In this document: piece after piece, positions 20,601-29,400 of the stretch
How positions within the stretch are numbered: the stretch's first letter is position 1
How the letters are laid out: every line of letters begins with the position of its first letter
The notes under the pieces: model-generated
Databases searched by the model: none
What the model saw: only the letters and a program-made list of their open reading frames with translations
Told to the model about the DNA's origin: nothing
Assembly: GCA_029861865.1 (NCBI GenBank)
Contig: JAOTYL010000011.1
Coordinates: forward strand, 84,517-148,516
DNA: 64,000 bases
DNA from: Myxococcales bacterium
GTDB lineage: Bacteria; Myxococcota_A; Polyangia; Polyangiales; Houyiibacteriaceae
Direction of reading: 5' to 3'
Made by a program: the position numbers and the translations under genes

Positions 20601-21734
20601 TTCGGGCTGGCGAAGTCGCTCCTCGAAGACGAGTCCGATCTTGCCCAGAAGCTCGACCTTGGATTCGGTATCGGTCGCGTTTGCCAACCGAATTTCCAGG
20701 ACCGAAACCAACTTCCGAGCGTCATGCGCCTCCTCGTAGATCGGCGTCAGCGCCTCGGCGGCTTGGACGTTGCTCGGATCGGCCGCGAGGATCTTCTCAT
20801 AGACCCGCGCTGCACGATCGCGTTTGTTTTTCTTGTCTTCCCAAAGGCGCGCCGCGCGAAACAACAGCGGAATCCGATCTTCGGAAGACGTCTCCTGCGC
20901 TTCGGCCTGTCGCTCGACGATGCGGATCAGCTCGTCCCACTTTTCGTTTTGGGCGTAGAACATTTCGAGCTCGTCCCACGCTCCAAGCGAGACGTAACGA
21001 CGCTTCAGCTGCTCTTGCGCTCGACGATCTGACGGATCGAGCTCGAGCAGCTTCTTGAACGCGTTGATGGCTCCTTCGTCGTTGCCGACCTTGTCCGCGT
21101 AGATCATCCCGAGCTTTTGAAGCTGCTGCTTCATCTGCACGACGTCGGTATCGCTCTCGATCAGCGTCTCCAGGACGTGGGCGAGCGGCTCCCATTGACG
21201 GGCGCGCTCATAAAGCTGTGCGAGGTTACTAAGCGCGTTCGGGTTTTGCGGGTCTCCGTCGAGGACCTTCTGCCAGAGCTCGATGCACACGTCGGGCTTG
21301 CGCAGTCGCTGTGTCGCGAGCTCGGCCATCTCGGCATATCGAATGAGCTGGTCGTCCTCGGGCAGCAGCTCCACTTCCCGCTGCATCGTGCGAATGAGCT
21401 TTTCCCAGTCGCGGCGCTTCTCATACATCTGCTTGAGACGCCCGAGCGCATCGACGTCGTTGGAATCGAGCTCGAGAAGCCGCTCGAAACACTTGATCGC
21501 CTCTGCCTGGTTGCTTGAACGCTCGAGGTAGAGGGTGCCCGCTTGTCGGAAGAGCTGCGCTTTTTCGTCTTTGTCGACGACGAGCTCGGCCTTTTTGAGG
21601 ATGGACCGGATCATGTCCGACCATCGCTTCTGTTGTTCGAACTTCGCGATGGCGTCGTCGAGCTTTTCGAGCTCTGCGACCTGATCCCGAGTCAGCTCCA
21701 GAACCTCATCCCCCGATTCGTGTTCTTCCGACAT
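11679..21734 (-). CDS. Giant cytoplasmic TPR-repeat protein (3351 aa), GltI/AgmK-like, with a non-TPR C-terminal domain
   Basis: Single uninterrupted ORF with no signal peptide. The motif A(I/V)ExYxxVLxxDPxxxxAL..L..LY....RW..L recurs over about 3000 aa. The last roughly 330 aa (from ...YFAKADEEQQKFF to ...LGIQIKV) lack that periodicity. The gene sits downstream of the GltC-G-like genes. Confidence 0.85.
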   Translation of the reverse strand: MSEEHESGDEVLELTRDQVAELEKLDDAIAKFEQQKRWSDMIRSILKKAELVVDKDEKAQLFRQAGTLYLERSSNQAEAIKCFERLLELDSNDVDALGRLKQMYEKRRDWEKLIRTMQREVELLPEDDQLIRYAEMAELATQRLRKPDVCIELWQKVLDGDPQNPNALSNLAQLYERARQWEPLAHVLETLIESDTDVVQMKQQLQKLGMIYADKVGNDEGAINAFKKLLELDPSDRRAQEQLKRRYVSLGAWDELEMFYAQNEKWDELIRIVERQAEAQETSSEDRIPLLFRAARLWEDKKNKRDRAARVYEKILAADPSNVQAAEALTPIYEEAHDARKLVSVLEIRLANATDTESKVELLGKIGLVFEERLRQPETAFERYLEAFALAPSMEEARVHAERLAGEMNGWDRLVSGYESAIEAVADPHQAVPIRLSYGQTLAALERIDDAVEQFRLVYDLESDNLAAITALGDLYFQTERYRDLLAIYARRIELEEEPEARLEIAYRRAELWADALNDTEEAIACFEGIIDEYGVEQADACRHLEQLYETESRWQGLAQLLERRIEAGPESEEELAALKFRLGRVCDTRLDDKSRAVDLYREVLSLIEEHDGAKERLEELLGHDEVAAEASCVLEPVYELSGDWGAYVNALRVQHRFSNEPRRRRELLTRVADTYFQHIGDADRGFSSLCEAFREQPSDADTLNRIEMLASEHERFSTLAELTGDLAASVDDASLSRSLWIKTAQIHDTQLQDMDASVAAYRKVLEADPSDFEVLDALEGLYRGAQRWHELVGILRMRVEATADPDDKIGVLAEMARIQADLLEDAEQAIRLQNEILELDPSSRRALGALDDLLARQGNWTDLADNVERQLAMTDDAHEQTALLLRLADLREQRMDSTVSAIEIYRDVLANDASNPAALGALERLLESAEHQATVADILEPIYKEVGAAARLVDVYEIQAHHATAPERRVELFHEIAKLQEFSVSDLHGAFESFARAFRADPGHPQTREELERLSAAVGGGDALASVYEQVVATLDDPELAVGFLLRAAEIRENELGQVDRAVEHYQKVLQLDEEHHHSADALERLFQQTERYEDLASIYRRKARMLPSPADQREQLIKAAAIYEDILDKPTDAMAVHRQVLEVDPDDIESLDRLIELQMRLGKWEELLATYERKSEVITDAEVRKQLFTAIGRVHEDQLEDSERAIEAYQRVLAIDPDDLSALGRLDGLFEQTGQWRDLLQVLERQSDLMVDEAERLEIRFRIGELWRRHLDDPAQAIEIYCDILSVASDHQPTLESLTTMTRDAVEPLAAAEVLERVYREGGEFQKLVEAREVQVRHTEDPADRVEMLHQLAEIYEVQLEDPPSAFGAFARALPLDVRNDMTLSSLERLAEQTGSWREVASRYDAEVERHREDTPEDIVHLAKRSAMINEVQLDDVDAAIERYQLVVDIDAGDVAAIEALDRLYEQTERWDDLAATLKKEAAIATTPEDVLNLQFRTGQIYQNRIGNVDSAIEQYREIIAAAPEYSPAVSALEDLFAGGVRPLQIGEVLEPLYRMQGNWDRLLSIQEVQVEHQSDPIERVVMMHRLAEIAEDKADDHGRAFQWMQKAVLEDPSHDHSLGEAERLSAIVDGWSQLANTYANGIQHTGDPLSKAELGRRLARVYEEQLDDVQRAEATYRFVLGVDDHDEAALKALDRIYSQHKAHQALAEVLRKRIDGSNNTSELIELHYRLGRELETKLGCTERAIEVFTKLLNDYDSEHAETIQALQAIYAKLERWPELFAAFEKELSIALGDSQQADVFARMARLSSNRLRDPERAIGLWQRVLDLRGEDAEALNALGDIFASQGNWRDLVDVLEREASIAEDDSFRIQVYSDLARVWYEKLERERNAIENWERVLDVDPGNTYALFSIAEILRASGQSRERADTLHRIIDVGAATLEDSDLVNVYMQLGHIYRAELQQPGDAVEAYRNVLTVDPTFFEALDSLELIHREERDWEEAIGVMEQRAQALTDPHDQVRQLLAVTELWETEVGDKDRAAGAFGRILDVDPMHEYAFSELQALHKEAERWDELIDLYVTRIEATDDRDERIELLRAAARVYEEKLEDGEQAYHTLYIAWTEDYSKRDTILDLERVTASTDKWNELLSSSNQTLQEVEDPATQIAICLCCAKWYGQDLGHPEYAIPYYEQIRALDPSNAKAWWQLGDLYETTQQWDNLAQVLAKLVELTNDDDVKANTYVRMGDLAEDRFGMRQEAEDYYRRALHLKERHVGALEALERIYREDGRSNKLLNILERKAEAVEDVDSVVAALLQVAEAYEERFDDQKAAIENFEKAAELAPSNLTALRGLERLYQQAERYQDLVGILERQYEVVATERERIDILVRLARMWEEEFRKPENAVERLEQVLDIDPLHDEALCKLEDLYRLTQRWDDLVRTYDRHASATVDQERRIEIFRALGQVYGAHKGDAEQAIDSYLNALNLDDQDILSLQALTKLYERKGDHSAALDMMGQLVRVVDEVDEQVSLKHRMGRILDQELGDRASALEHFQGAVDLDPGDLPSLEAMRRIHIDSGDWIAATKTLGLEVEQTDNERVKAARLVDLGCIRAERLDDEAGAVDAFESAHAFDPDNEDALLPLVDFYVAQGRYEEAFPLLEVLVKRSDKRERDEQHRLASLLGETATNLGRADAAVAAYERAHALDADGTATIKGLAGSYFRAERWEDAFKYHQVLLVQHRDSLGRDEITEILYRLGVIKREQGEDKKARNMFDKALEEDTHYVPALEAMVDLQARESDWESVVEYKKRILDVTDEPTARAKLLVELGDLWQDKLGSPDAAAEAFTESLDLDPDNHVVLHKLLGTYQAAQRWSEAIDVIERVSSLEARDEAKAKYAYTVGVILRDKLEDEDAALEKFNEALDLDSTQLKPFEAVNKLLNGRKDWKALERAYRKMLHRIINQGNTDLEHNLWHTLGIIYRDRQRNFDAAAESFRMAAALKPDDATEHQILAELYATMPDKTTEAIAEHQWLLGHDPNRLESYRALYKLYFDARAYDKAWCIARTLTYFAKADEEQQKFFQQYRQDREIQPRARVSNEAWVKDLMHPDQDIYISKIMEVIAPAVRASMAWTDKKLNLHKRKPEDLANPSLALARQFKLAQDVLNITIPVRLFIQKELSGALRDEARSNPPAIITGYTLLSGYRPVDLAFVCGRHLSYYRGEHFIRTMYKSHTELRTLLLAAMRVVGMGEADPAVDSTAKQLARHINQAHLDVLKKVVRKFLEAGGKADIKRWMQATEITSLRAGLLLCDDVDTAVRMTQQIASESTADLPPRDKVKEIVLYSISESYFRLRETLGIQIKV

Positions 21735-21749
21735 GTTGCCTCAGCCCCC

Positions 21750-22619
21750 CTACGGCGATTCGGTCCTCAACTCTGCGAGACGGTCTTTTGCCGCTTTGAC
21801 GTAGTTTTCCGGCGCTTCGGCCCCCGCCATCATCACGTACTTGGTAAGATAGCGCTTCGCCTCCTCGTCGTTGTTTTGAAGGGCATAAGTCCAGCCTAAC
21901 GCGAAGAGCGCATCCGGCATGCCTGGCACGATGCCAAGCGCCGCCTGGAACTCCGCGACCGCGTCGTCGAACTTGCGCTGCTGCTGGTAGACGGTTCCGA
22001 GCAGATGATGGATGTTCGCTTCTTCCTCGGTGCCGGCCATCGCGACCTTGAGCGCCTCGCGCAACACCTGGGCAGCGTTGTCCGGATAGCGCAGGTCAGC
22101 GTACAAGCGACCGAGAGCCGAGTATGACGGGAGGAACCGCGGACCTGTTTTGATGGCGTCCGTGTACTGGTAGAGCGCATTCTGCGGATCCTCGACCTCT
22201 TCGTAGACTCGGCCGAGCTTGAAGTGCGCCTTGAAGAGCGACGGGTCGAGCTCGAGCGCTTCTTTGAATGACGCCTCGGCAGCCTTCCAGTCCTCGAGCT
22301 CGATGAGCACGGTGCCGAGCTTTTCGTGATAGCCAGCCGTATCCGGTTTCGCGATGACGGCTCGCTCGAGCGCCTCGCGAGCTGCGGAGAAGTTTCGCTG
22401 CTCGATCTGGACGATGGCCAGGTTGAAGTAGGCCTGGTGGTTGGTTGGGTCTAGAGCTGCCGCCTTCTCGAGCATCTCCGCGGCTTCGCTATACCGCTTC
22501 AGCTGGGCCAGCTCGACCCCAGCGTTCATCTCGTTCATCGACTCCACGCGGGCGCGCGAACAGTTGCCGCCCATCAGGATTAGACCGGCCAGAACCAAGC
22601 CGATTTTGTGACCTCGCAT
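21750..22619 (-). CDS. Exported TPR-repeat protein
   Basis: N-terminal signal MRGHKIGLVLAGLILMGGNCS, then about 6 TPR units. AGGAGG lies 6 nt upstream of the ATG. It ends 15 nt upstream of the giant TPR gene, so the two are probably co-transcribed. Confidence 0.75.
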   Translation of the reverse strand: MRGHKIGLVLAGLILMGGNCSRARVESMNEMNAGVELAQLKRYSEAAEMLEKAAALDPTNHQAYFNLAIVQIEQRNFSAAREALERAVIAKPDTAGYHEKLGTVLIELEDWKAAEASFKEALELDPSLFKAHFKLGRVYEEVEDPQNALYQYTDAIKTGPRFLPSYSALGRLYADLRYPDNAAQVLREALKVAMAGTEEEANIHHLLGTVYQQQRKFDDAVAEFQAALGIVPGMPDALFALGWTYALQNNDEEAKRYLTKYVMMAGAEAPENYVKAAKDRLAELRTESP

Positions 22620-22825
22620 GCGTGCCTCCTACGCTTGGAAATTCACAAGCACTTCAATCCTACAGCATTTGTCGTGCAGCCAACAACTCTAAACTAAGCT
22701 ATTTTTCAGGCGTTTCCGCCTTTTTGGCGAAGCCGCAGACAGCCCCTCGGCCCTGAACGTGGGAACAGGGCTGGAAATCCGGGATATTAGAGGGAAAACG
22801 CGCTTTTCAGCTGGCGACTCGACCG

Positions 22826-24847
22826 TCACTGGCCTGCGGCGTCGAGAAGGAACGGATAGTTCACGACCACCACACCACCCCCGTCGGGGGCCGGGAAGGT
22901 CCACCTGCGAACCGCGCGCACGATGCAGCTCTCGACCGCCTCGTTGCGGAGGCTCGAGCTCGCCACCATCGCAGACTGGACGGAGCCGGTCGGCGAGATC
23001 ACGAATCGCGTCGTGACCCGGCCCTGAAGGTCGGGGCGTGAGTTGAGCTGCTGCTCGTAACAGAACTTCACCTCATTGATGTGGCGTCGGACCACGCGTC
23101 GAATGACTTCCTTCGAGAGCGAGCCGCGAACCTCTGCGCCGCCACTGCGTACCTGGGGAACACCGGCCGATCGCCCGCGGAACCCGCCCGCGCCCCGGCC
23201 ATAGCCACCCTCGCCTGCACCTCGGCCGCCGCCTCGGCCTATCGTGCCGAAGTTGCCCATGCCGATCGTGCCTTGGCCCAGGCCGCCACCACCTCGCCCA
23301 GTGCCTCTGAGACCGAGGCCGCCGAACCCGAAGTTCTGACCGATGTCGTCGCCCGTCATGGCGCCAAGCGCGCTCATCGGATCATTGCCGAGGGCAAAGT
23401 CGGCACCGTACGGCGATGTCGGAGCGTTGAATGAACCCTGCATGGCTGCCAGCGTCCCGATGATTCCAGCCGTCCTCGCTTCTTGCTCAGCTTGCTCGCG
23501 CGCCATCTGTGGGTCTGGGTTGTCCTCCGGTCCCTGGATGCCGTACTTGTTGCGGTTCTTTTCGGCCTTTTCGTCGCCCATCTGGCCCTGCTCGCCCTCG
23601 TGGGCCTTGCCTGTGCCGCCACCGGACGAATCCGCACCGTTGAGCCACTCGGGCTCTGGCTCTTCGAGCTCCTCAGGCTCCATCAAGAACTGGATCAGAC
23701 GCGAATCGGTGCTGAGCAGATCGGAAGACAGGCCGCGGGGGCGCGGAGGCTGGAAGTAGAACATCGTCAACACAAGGCTCGCGAAGAGCGCTGCGCCAGC
23801 GACGTAGATCATCGGGCGGACGTCGATCTTGGCGTGGCCCGCAACCTTCTTGCCGGCCTTCACGTCTTTGACGATGAACGTGAAGTCGCGGTGCGTCATT
23901 CGAACCGCGCCGCCTTCGGGCACCGGGAATTCCGTCGCACCCGCCATCGCGCTGCTTGGGCGAAGCTCGCCTTGCCCCCGCATCAGGTCGAAGGAACGCG
24001 TCTGCTCACCGATTGTCGCTTCGCCCTTTGCACCTTCTGGAATGATCGCAGTGACGCCTTCGCCCTGTGCAAGACAAAGCGGCATCCGGTCGACTCCGAT
24101 CGCATCGTGGCCGAGTATGAAGTCGACTTTTTCGCCATTGGGCTCGCCGACGTAGTAATCGCGCGCAGGCTTCAGGTAGTCGACGTTGAGGACGCTCTTG
24201 TCCCCCCAGAGCACCGACACCTCGATCGCGCGTTCATTGGTCTCGATCTCGTGCGAAGGCACGGCGCCGGTGGTCGCGATAAGGCGGTACTCATCCCCGT
24301 CTTCACCGACCGTATTGGCAAACGGCGTACGCGAGAGCCGCTTGGCCCCTACCTCGAACGGGTTGAACTTGGGGCCGGAGTCATCCTCTTCCTCTTGGAC
24401 CACGGCTTTTTGTCGCGGCTCAGACTCCTCATCGACCATTGCGGTCATCGCATGCTCGTCGACGACCGGCGTCTGCCGCTCAGCACCCACCGCCATGGCG
24501 ACAGGTGGGCTCGAGGCCATGGCCACTTTGCCCGTGATGATGTCGACGTGGATCCGCTTGTTGCCGATCTGAATGATGTCGCCGGTCTGGAGCTTGCGCT
24601 TGTTGACCTTGTCGCCGTTGACGAGAGTCCCCGAAGCGGAACCGAGGTCGATGATGTACACCTCCCCTGGCGCAGCGACCTCGATGACTGCGTGCATTCG
24701 GCTGACCTTGTCGTCCTCGAGACGAACGTCGCTCGTCTGCAGCCGACCGATCTTGATGATCTCTTGACTCAGCGTTTCAGTGCCAAGCAGCTCGTCCCCG
24801 TCATAGACGGAGAAAGCGACCGAAGTATTGTGACTCGAATCACTCAC
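22826..24847 (-). CDS. FHA-domain / single-TM / Gly-rich / AgmX-PglI-type TonB-like C-terminal domain protein (GltG/PglI- or NfsG-like)
   Basis: N-terminal FHA (IKIGRLQTSDVRLEDDKVSRMHAVIE...IIDLGSASGTLVNGDKV). TM helix MIYVAGAALFASLVLTMFYF. A Gly/Arg-rich linker follows. The C-terminus is GSLSKEVIRRVVRRHINEVKFCYEQQL...VVVNYPFLL, as in the AgmX/PglI C-terminal domain. Confidence 0.8.
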   Translation of the reverse strand: MSDSSHNTSVAFSVYDGDELLGTETLSQEIIKIGRLQTSDVRLEDDKVSRMHAVIEVAAPGEVYIIDLGSASGTLVNGDKVNKRKLQTGDIIQIGNKRIHVDIITGKVAMASSPPVAMAVGAERQTPVVDEHAMTAMVDEESEPRQKAVVQEEEDDSGPKFNPFEVGAKRLSRTPFANTVGEDGDEYRLIATTGAVPSHEIETNERAIEVSVLWGDKSVLNVDYLKPARDYYVGEPNGEKVDFILGHDAIGVDRMPLCLAQGEGVTAIIPEGAKGEATIGEQTRSFDLMRGQGELRPSSAMAGATEFPVPEGGAVRMTHRDFTFIVKDVKAGKKVAGHAKIDVRPMIYVAGAALFASLVLTMFYFQPPRPRGLSSDLLSTDSRLIQFLMEPEELEEPEPEWLNGADSSGGGTGKAHEGEQGQMGDEKAEKNRNKYGIQGPEDNPDPQMAREQAEQEARTAGIIGTLAAMQGSFNAPTSPYGADFALGNDPMSALGAMTGDDIGQNFGFGGLGLRGTGRGGGGLGQGTIGMGNFGTIGRGGGRGAGEGGYGRGAGGFRGRSAGVPQVRSGGAEVRGSLSKEVIRRVVRRHINEVKFCYEQQLNSRPDLQGRVTTRFVISPTGSVQSAMVASSSLRNEAVESCIVRAVRRWTFPAPDGGGVVVVNYPFLLDAAGQ

Positions 24848-24859
24848 CCGAAACCCCCA

Positions 24860-25141
24860 CTACAAATCTTCCACAGATTTCAGCATCTCGGGAATAAAAT
24901 GCTCGCGAATCTGAATTAGCGATGCTCGGCGCCCACGACGCCGAACGATCAATTGCTCGCCATCGGGTCGAACCAAATCGCCAGTGACGAGGTCATCCTC
25001 GAAGTCATAGGTCGTCTCGGGTGCCGGCCCAGCCTGCGCCTGGACAACAGGCCCTGTTGCCACCGAGACTAAAGCCAATAATCCAATGAAAACAAGGGCA
25101 TATAAAGCGAACTTCGAAATTGTATTGCTCATGTTTACCAC
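24860..25141 (-). CDS. Small single-TM protein, GltF/NfsF-like by position
   Basis: 93 aa with TM helix FALYALVFIGLLALVSVA, then an acidic segment (DFEDDLVTGDLVRPDGE) and a basic one (RRRGRR). It sits between the GltE-like and GltG-like genes with 0- and 12-nt spacers. Confidence 0.5.
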   Translation of the reverse strand: MVNMSNTISKFALYALVFIGLLALVSVATGPVVQAQAGPAPETTYDFEDDLVTGDLVRPDGEQLIVRRRGRRASLIQIREHFIPEMLKSVEDL

Positions 25142-26428
25142 CTAACCCGCGACCTGCATGGCCTCGATGGAGATGTTGATGTTCTGCATGCGTCCGGGTC
25201 GACACTTGGGTGCGCCGCGCTTCTTGCTCGGCCTCGGCCCGCATCGATTGTTCACATCGTCCACGCTCGAACGAAACTCGGGCTGGTTGCCGGCCTTTTG
25301 CACGAATTCGGTGAAGTACTGCTTCGCCTTCTTCAGGTCAGCCACCGAACCCGACATGTAGTCTTGGTAGAGCACCCCGAGATTGAAGTACGCCTCGGGA
25401 CGGCGCGGGTCGAGTTTCTGCGCGCGTTCGTATTGGGCCTCGGCCTCTGGGAAGCGCTCTAAGCCTCGAAGGGCGGTGCCGAGCCCGATGATGGCCTCGT
25501 AGTTGTCTGGCTGGAGGGCGACCGCCCGTTCGAAGGCCTGACGTCCGTCCTCGTATCCGCGGAACGAAATCGTCACCTCGCCAAAGTTCATCTGCGCTTC
25601 GAAGAGGTCCGGATCGAGCGTGATAGCCTTTTGAAAGAACCGAAGCGCCGCAATGACATCGCCCTTGTAGACCTTGATCAGGCCCCACGTGTTGTAGATC
25701 GGCGCATAGTCCGCATCGATCATCTGAGCCTGGCGGCAGACGACCTCGGCGAGGTCGAGCTCGGCGGCATTGCCTTTGCGACCGCGGTCATAGTGAAGGA
25801 GCGCCATCTGGTTGAAGGCCGAGAGGTAGTCCGATTCGATGGCGAGCGCGCGACGAAGATTCTTGAGTGCCTCGTCGTCCTGGCCTTGTGCCCGTTGTAC
25901 GATGGCGAGGTTGGTGTAGCCCGACGTGCACTGCGGATCGTCATTGATGGCCCTTTCGAACTCGGACTTGGCTTGGCTGCCCTTTCCGCCCTCCAAGTCT
26001 TCGAGGGCGAGCGCCACCCGGGCCTTGCAGAACTTTGGATCGACTTTGAGAGCCGTCTCGTAGTGCTTCTTGGCTCCACTGTCGTCACCGCAACGTTCGA
26101 GAGCGAGCCCCGCCATGTAGTGAGCCTCGGCGAAGCCGCCACCCTGCGCAGCGGCGGCTTTCTCGAAGTCCCTCGAAGAGGCACCACACTTGGCCGGGGT
26201 CCAGCCCGTCTTCTCATTCCGTTCGAAATCGTCGAGAGCGGACCCCCATCGGTTGTGTGCCTTCTTGCTGACGGCGCTACCGTCGGCGGTCGTGATCGCT
26301 TCACCCCCTGCGGTGCGGGCGACGTCGGCCCTTGGGACGGTTTCCCTCTTCGTCTTTGCGCTCTCGCCACCGCCGCAGCCCATCACGAGCATGGCGACGA
26401 CGACTGCCAGTTTGCGATATCGCATCAC
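25142..26428 (-). CDS. TPR lipoprotein, GltE/AglT- or NfsE-like
   Basis: Lipobox MLVMGC followed by multiple TPR units. ATGA overlap with the upstream gene. Confidence 0.65.
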   Translation of the reverse strand: MMRYRKLAVVVAMLVMGCGGGESAKTKRETVPRADVARTAGGEAITTADGSAVSKKAHNRWGSALDDFERNEKTGWTPAKCGASSRDFEKAAAAQGGGFAEAHYMAGLALERCGDDSGAKKHYETALKVDPKFCKARVALALEDLEGGKGSQAKSEFERAINDDPQCTSGYTNLAIVQRAQGQDDEALKNLRRALAIESDYLSAFNQMALLHYDRGRKGNAAELDLAEVVCRQAQMIDADYAPIYNTWGLIKVYKGDVIAALRFFQKAITLDPDLFEAQMNFGEVTISFRGYEDGRQAFERAVALQPDNYEAIIGLGTALRGLERFPEAEAQYERAQKLDPRRPEAYFNLGVLYQDYMSGSVADLKKAKQYFTEFVQKAGNQPEFRSSVDDVNNRCGPRPSKKRGAPKCRPGRMQNINISIEAMQVAG

Positions 26429-29400
26429 GGCTTCCCCCTTTCCGCGACGGCATCCTTGGACGTCAGCGACGTGTCCTTGATGGCGCCCAGATCCACCGCA
26501 CCGGGCTCTCCGACCGTGTGCTTCACGTAGTTGGGCTCGCCGCGGAGCTCAGCCGCGACGGGATATTGCTTCGGGTTGAGCGCGTTGAGCTCGTGCTCAC
26601 AGGAGCGCGACCACTTGTTGAACCATCGCACCTGGGTGGCGGTCTTCAGGCAGAACTCGAACTTGTCGATCGCCTGCCGCTGAAGCGGCTCGGACGCGTC
26701 GTCGAGAGCACCCACATAGATATCGAAAAGCCCTGGGTCCTTTTCGATTTCGCGTGGAATCGGAGCATCCCGGAACTGATCGACGAAGCTGCGGTACATC
26801 TCACCGGTCCGCGATGCGGCCGCGATCTGCCAGGGGGCCGACTGCATTTTGGCGCCATCTAGGGTGACCGTCATCTTGGCGACCTTGGCGTAATCGGCCT
26901 CGGCGGAGCGGAGCACCCCGAGTTTCTTCGTCATCCACCGTTTGAACTCGGTTTCCGACCACTTCTTCACCTTGGCCGCGCTCTTGCCGCCCGTGTACTT
27001 CGGGAAGGCAATCTTCTCGAACTCGGCGAACTTGTACTCGGACAAGTAGAACTGCGATTCGGCAGCGCTATCGAGCGCTTCTCGCATGAAGGCAACCTTG
27101 CTCTCCTTCGAGGTGTCCTTGAGCGCTCGAATCTTCTTGGGCGCACCCGAAGTCCAACCCTTCACCGCAGTCGAGAAGTACTTCTTGGCTTCGTTCTTCC
27201 TGTTGAGCTGCCAGTAAGCCCGGCCGATGGCGGTGTTCGCCTCAATGATCTGATGCGGCATCCCGACCCTGCCGTACTTCTTCAGATAGTCCTGGTAATG
27301 AGAGATCACCTGGGAATGTCGGTTCTGTCGCTCGTAGATCGAGCCGATCGAAAACATGACTTGCGAAGTCTGCCTCGGAAGCTTGCGCCGATAATTACGA
27401 GCGAAGAGGTCCGAGTCCTCCATGGCTGCTTGGTCGTCACCGAGGCCGATGCGGAAAAAGGTCGCTTGCTCGAGGCCTTCGATGGCGTTTGGACAGATGC
27501 CCGCCTTCTTGTCGTCAGCATCGCACTTCTTGCCGTCTTCGCCGGGGAACTTCCGGGCGAACTGCTCGTAGTACTTGGCGGCCTGCTCGTAGTAGGCCAG
27601 TGCCTGGAAGTTTTGACCGATCAAATAAATGGCCTTCTTCGACAGTGCGCTCTCTGGGAAGCGCTCGATCATCACCGTTCGAACCTGAATGGCCCGACCG
27701 AGAAGGTGAGCTGCCTCGAAATTGATCGCGGCGTTGTAAAGGACTTCGTCCATTTCGCCACATTCTTGGTGACGCCGAAAGATGCGGACGTACGTGGCAG
27801 CTGCCTTCTTGAATTGCTGCGTCTTTTCGTAAGTCTCGGCTTCCTTCCGGCGCACCTGACACTGAAGCGTGCTCAGGGTGCCGCAGAGGTCTGGATGCTC
27901 TTCAGCAAGCTGCTCGGTACCACAGAACGACGCCGACATCGGGTCGATCGAGGCGCCTAGCTCCTGCACGCATGCCACACGCGGCTCTGCGAGCTGCGTA
28001 CCGAGGATATTCAAGCAGTCGAGGTAGAGGTTCGCGGCGTACTCGGAAAGCTCGCTGTCCTTGTGATTGAACGCAATGTCGCGGAACAGGACGGCAGCCT
28101 CCTCGAAGCGGTTCGCCTCATAGTAGATTCGAGCCCGGCGATACTTGATCGTCGCGAGATCCTCGGCCTTATCGACGTAGCAAACGTATCGATTGAAGGC
28201 TTCGAGCATGCCCTTTTGAAGAGGCGTGAACTTCTTTTTCTTGAGCTTGTCTGCCTCGGCAGGCGTGGCGTTTTTCATCGCCTTTTGGTCTCGCTTGCTG
28301 ACGAATTTCGTCTTGGTCTCGCGAGGCACGTACTGCTGCTGGTAAAGGTTGTTGTAACAGAGCACTGCCGCGTAAGCTGCGTCGCTCGTGAACTCACCCT
28401 GCGGGTTCAGCTCGACCACCGAGTCGAAGGCCGGCCCACACTGCCCCCACTCCTCCATCTTCCATAGAAGCTCGGCGTAGAAGTACGAAATCTTGTATTC
28501 AGTCGGCCAATCGCGACGGTCGATGTTCTTGAACTCCATTTGTTCCATGTCTGGAAACTCTTTGAGAAGAGTTCGGTAGAGCACGGAGGCTTGCGACATC
28601 GTCTTCTTGCTCTTGGTGCCTGGAGCCGAGTCCGTCCCCACGGCCTCGCGGTGCCACGACGTGGCGAGCCAAAGAATGGTGGTCGCGGTCTCGACCTTGC
28701 ACTCCTCGACTTTGGCGGTAGGCTTGTTGCTCTCTTTGAACGTGCGGTAGATGTCGACCAAGCGCTTGAGCTCGATGACCTGCTCCTGATTCGAGCGTGA
28801 GGAGATCACCGCGTTGGTGACTTTCGTCTGCCAGTCACAGAGTGAATTGCTGCGAGGCGCGTCGGCCATCAGCTTGTGATAGACCGTAATCGCTTGCGGC
28901 CACTGGCCGGTGTCGAAGTAGAGCTCGGCCAGGTTTTCGAGCATCTCGTGAGCCTCGGCGTCGTTCTTCGCGTACCGACGGAAGAAATCGAGCGCCTTAC
29001 CGGGCGAGCCGTAGTGCGAATACGGAAGCACCAGCTCCTTTCGAGCCTGGCGCGCGAGGTTCTTGGCGTCGTTGGCGTACTTGTTCTTGCGGGCGAACTC
29101 GAGAATGTCGACGAAGCCCTGCAATGACTGGCGATAGCGCTCGCGGTTGTACTCGACCCACGCGACCTTGTAGAGCGCGTAGCCATAGACGGAGTTGTTC
29201 TTTGGCGGAAACTCGAGAACCTTTCGGTAGAACTTTGCCGCCGCCTCCATGTCGCTATCGTTGAAATAATACTCCGCGAACGAGAGATAGGCGTTCGGCA
29301 CGAAGCGACTCTTCGGGTAGTCCTTGATCAACCGCCGATAAACCGCGCGAGCTTTGTCGAACTGGTCCTGCTCTTGGAGCGCGAAGGCCAAAGAGAACAG

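Noticed and set aside
23483-24919. 478-aa plus-strand ORF opposite the FHA/TonB-like gene.
   Set aside because: It is antisense to a gene with strong domain evidence (FHA, TM helix, AgmX/PglI-type C-terminus). Its composition is Arg/Leu/Asp-rich and featureless.
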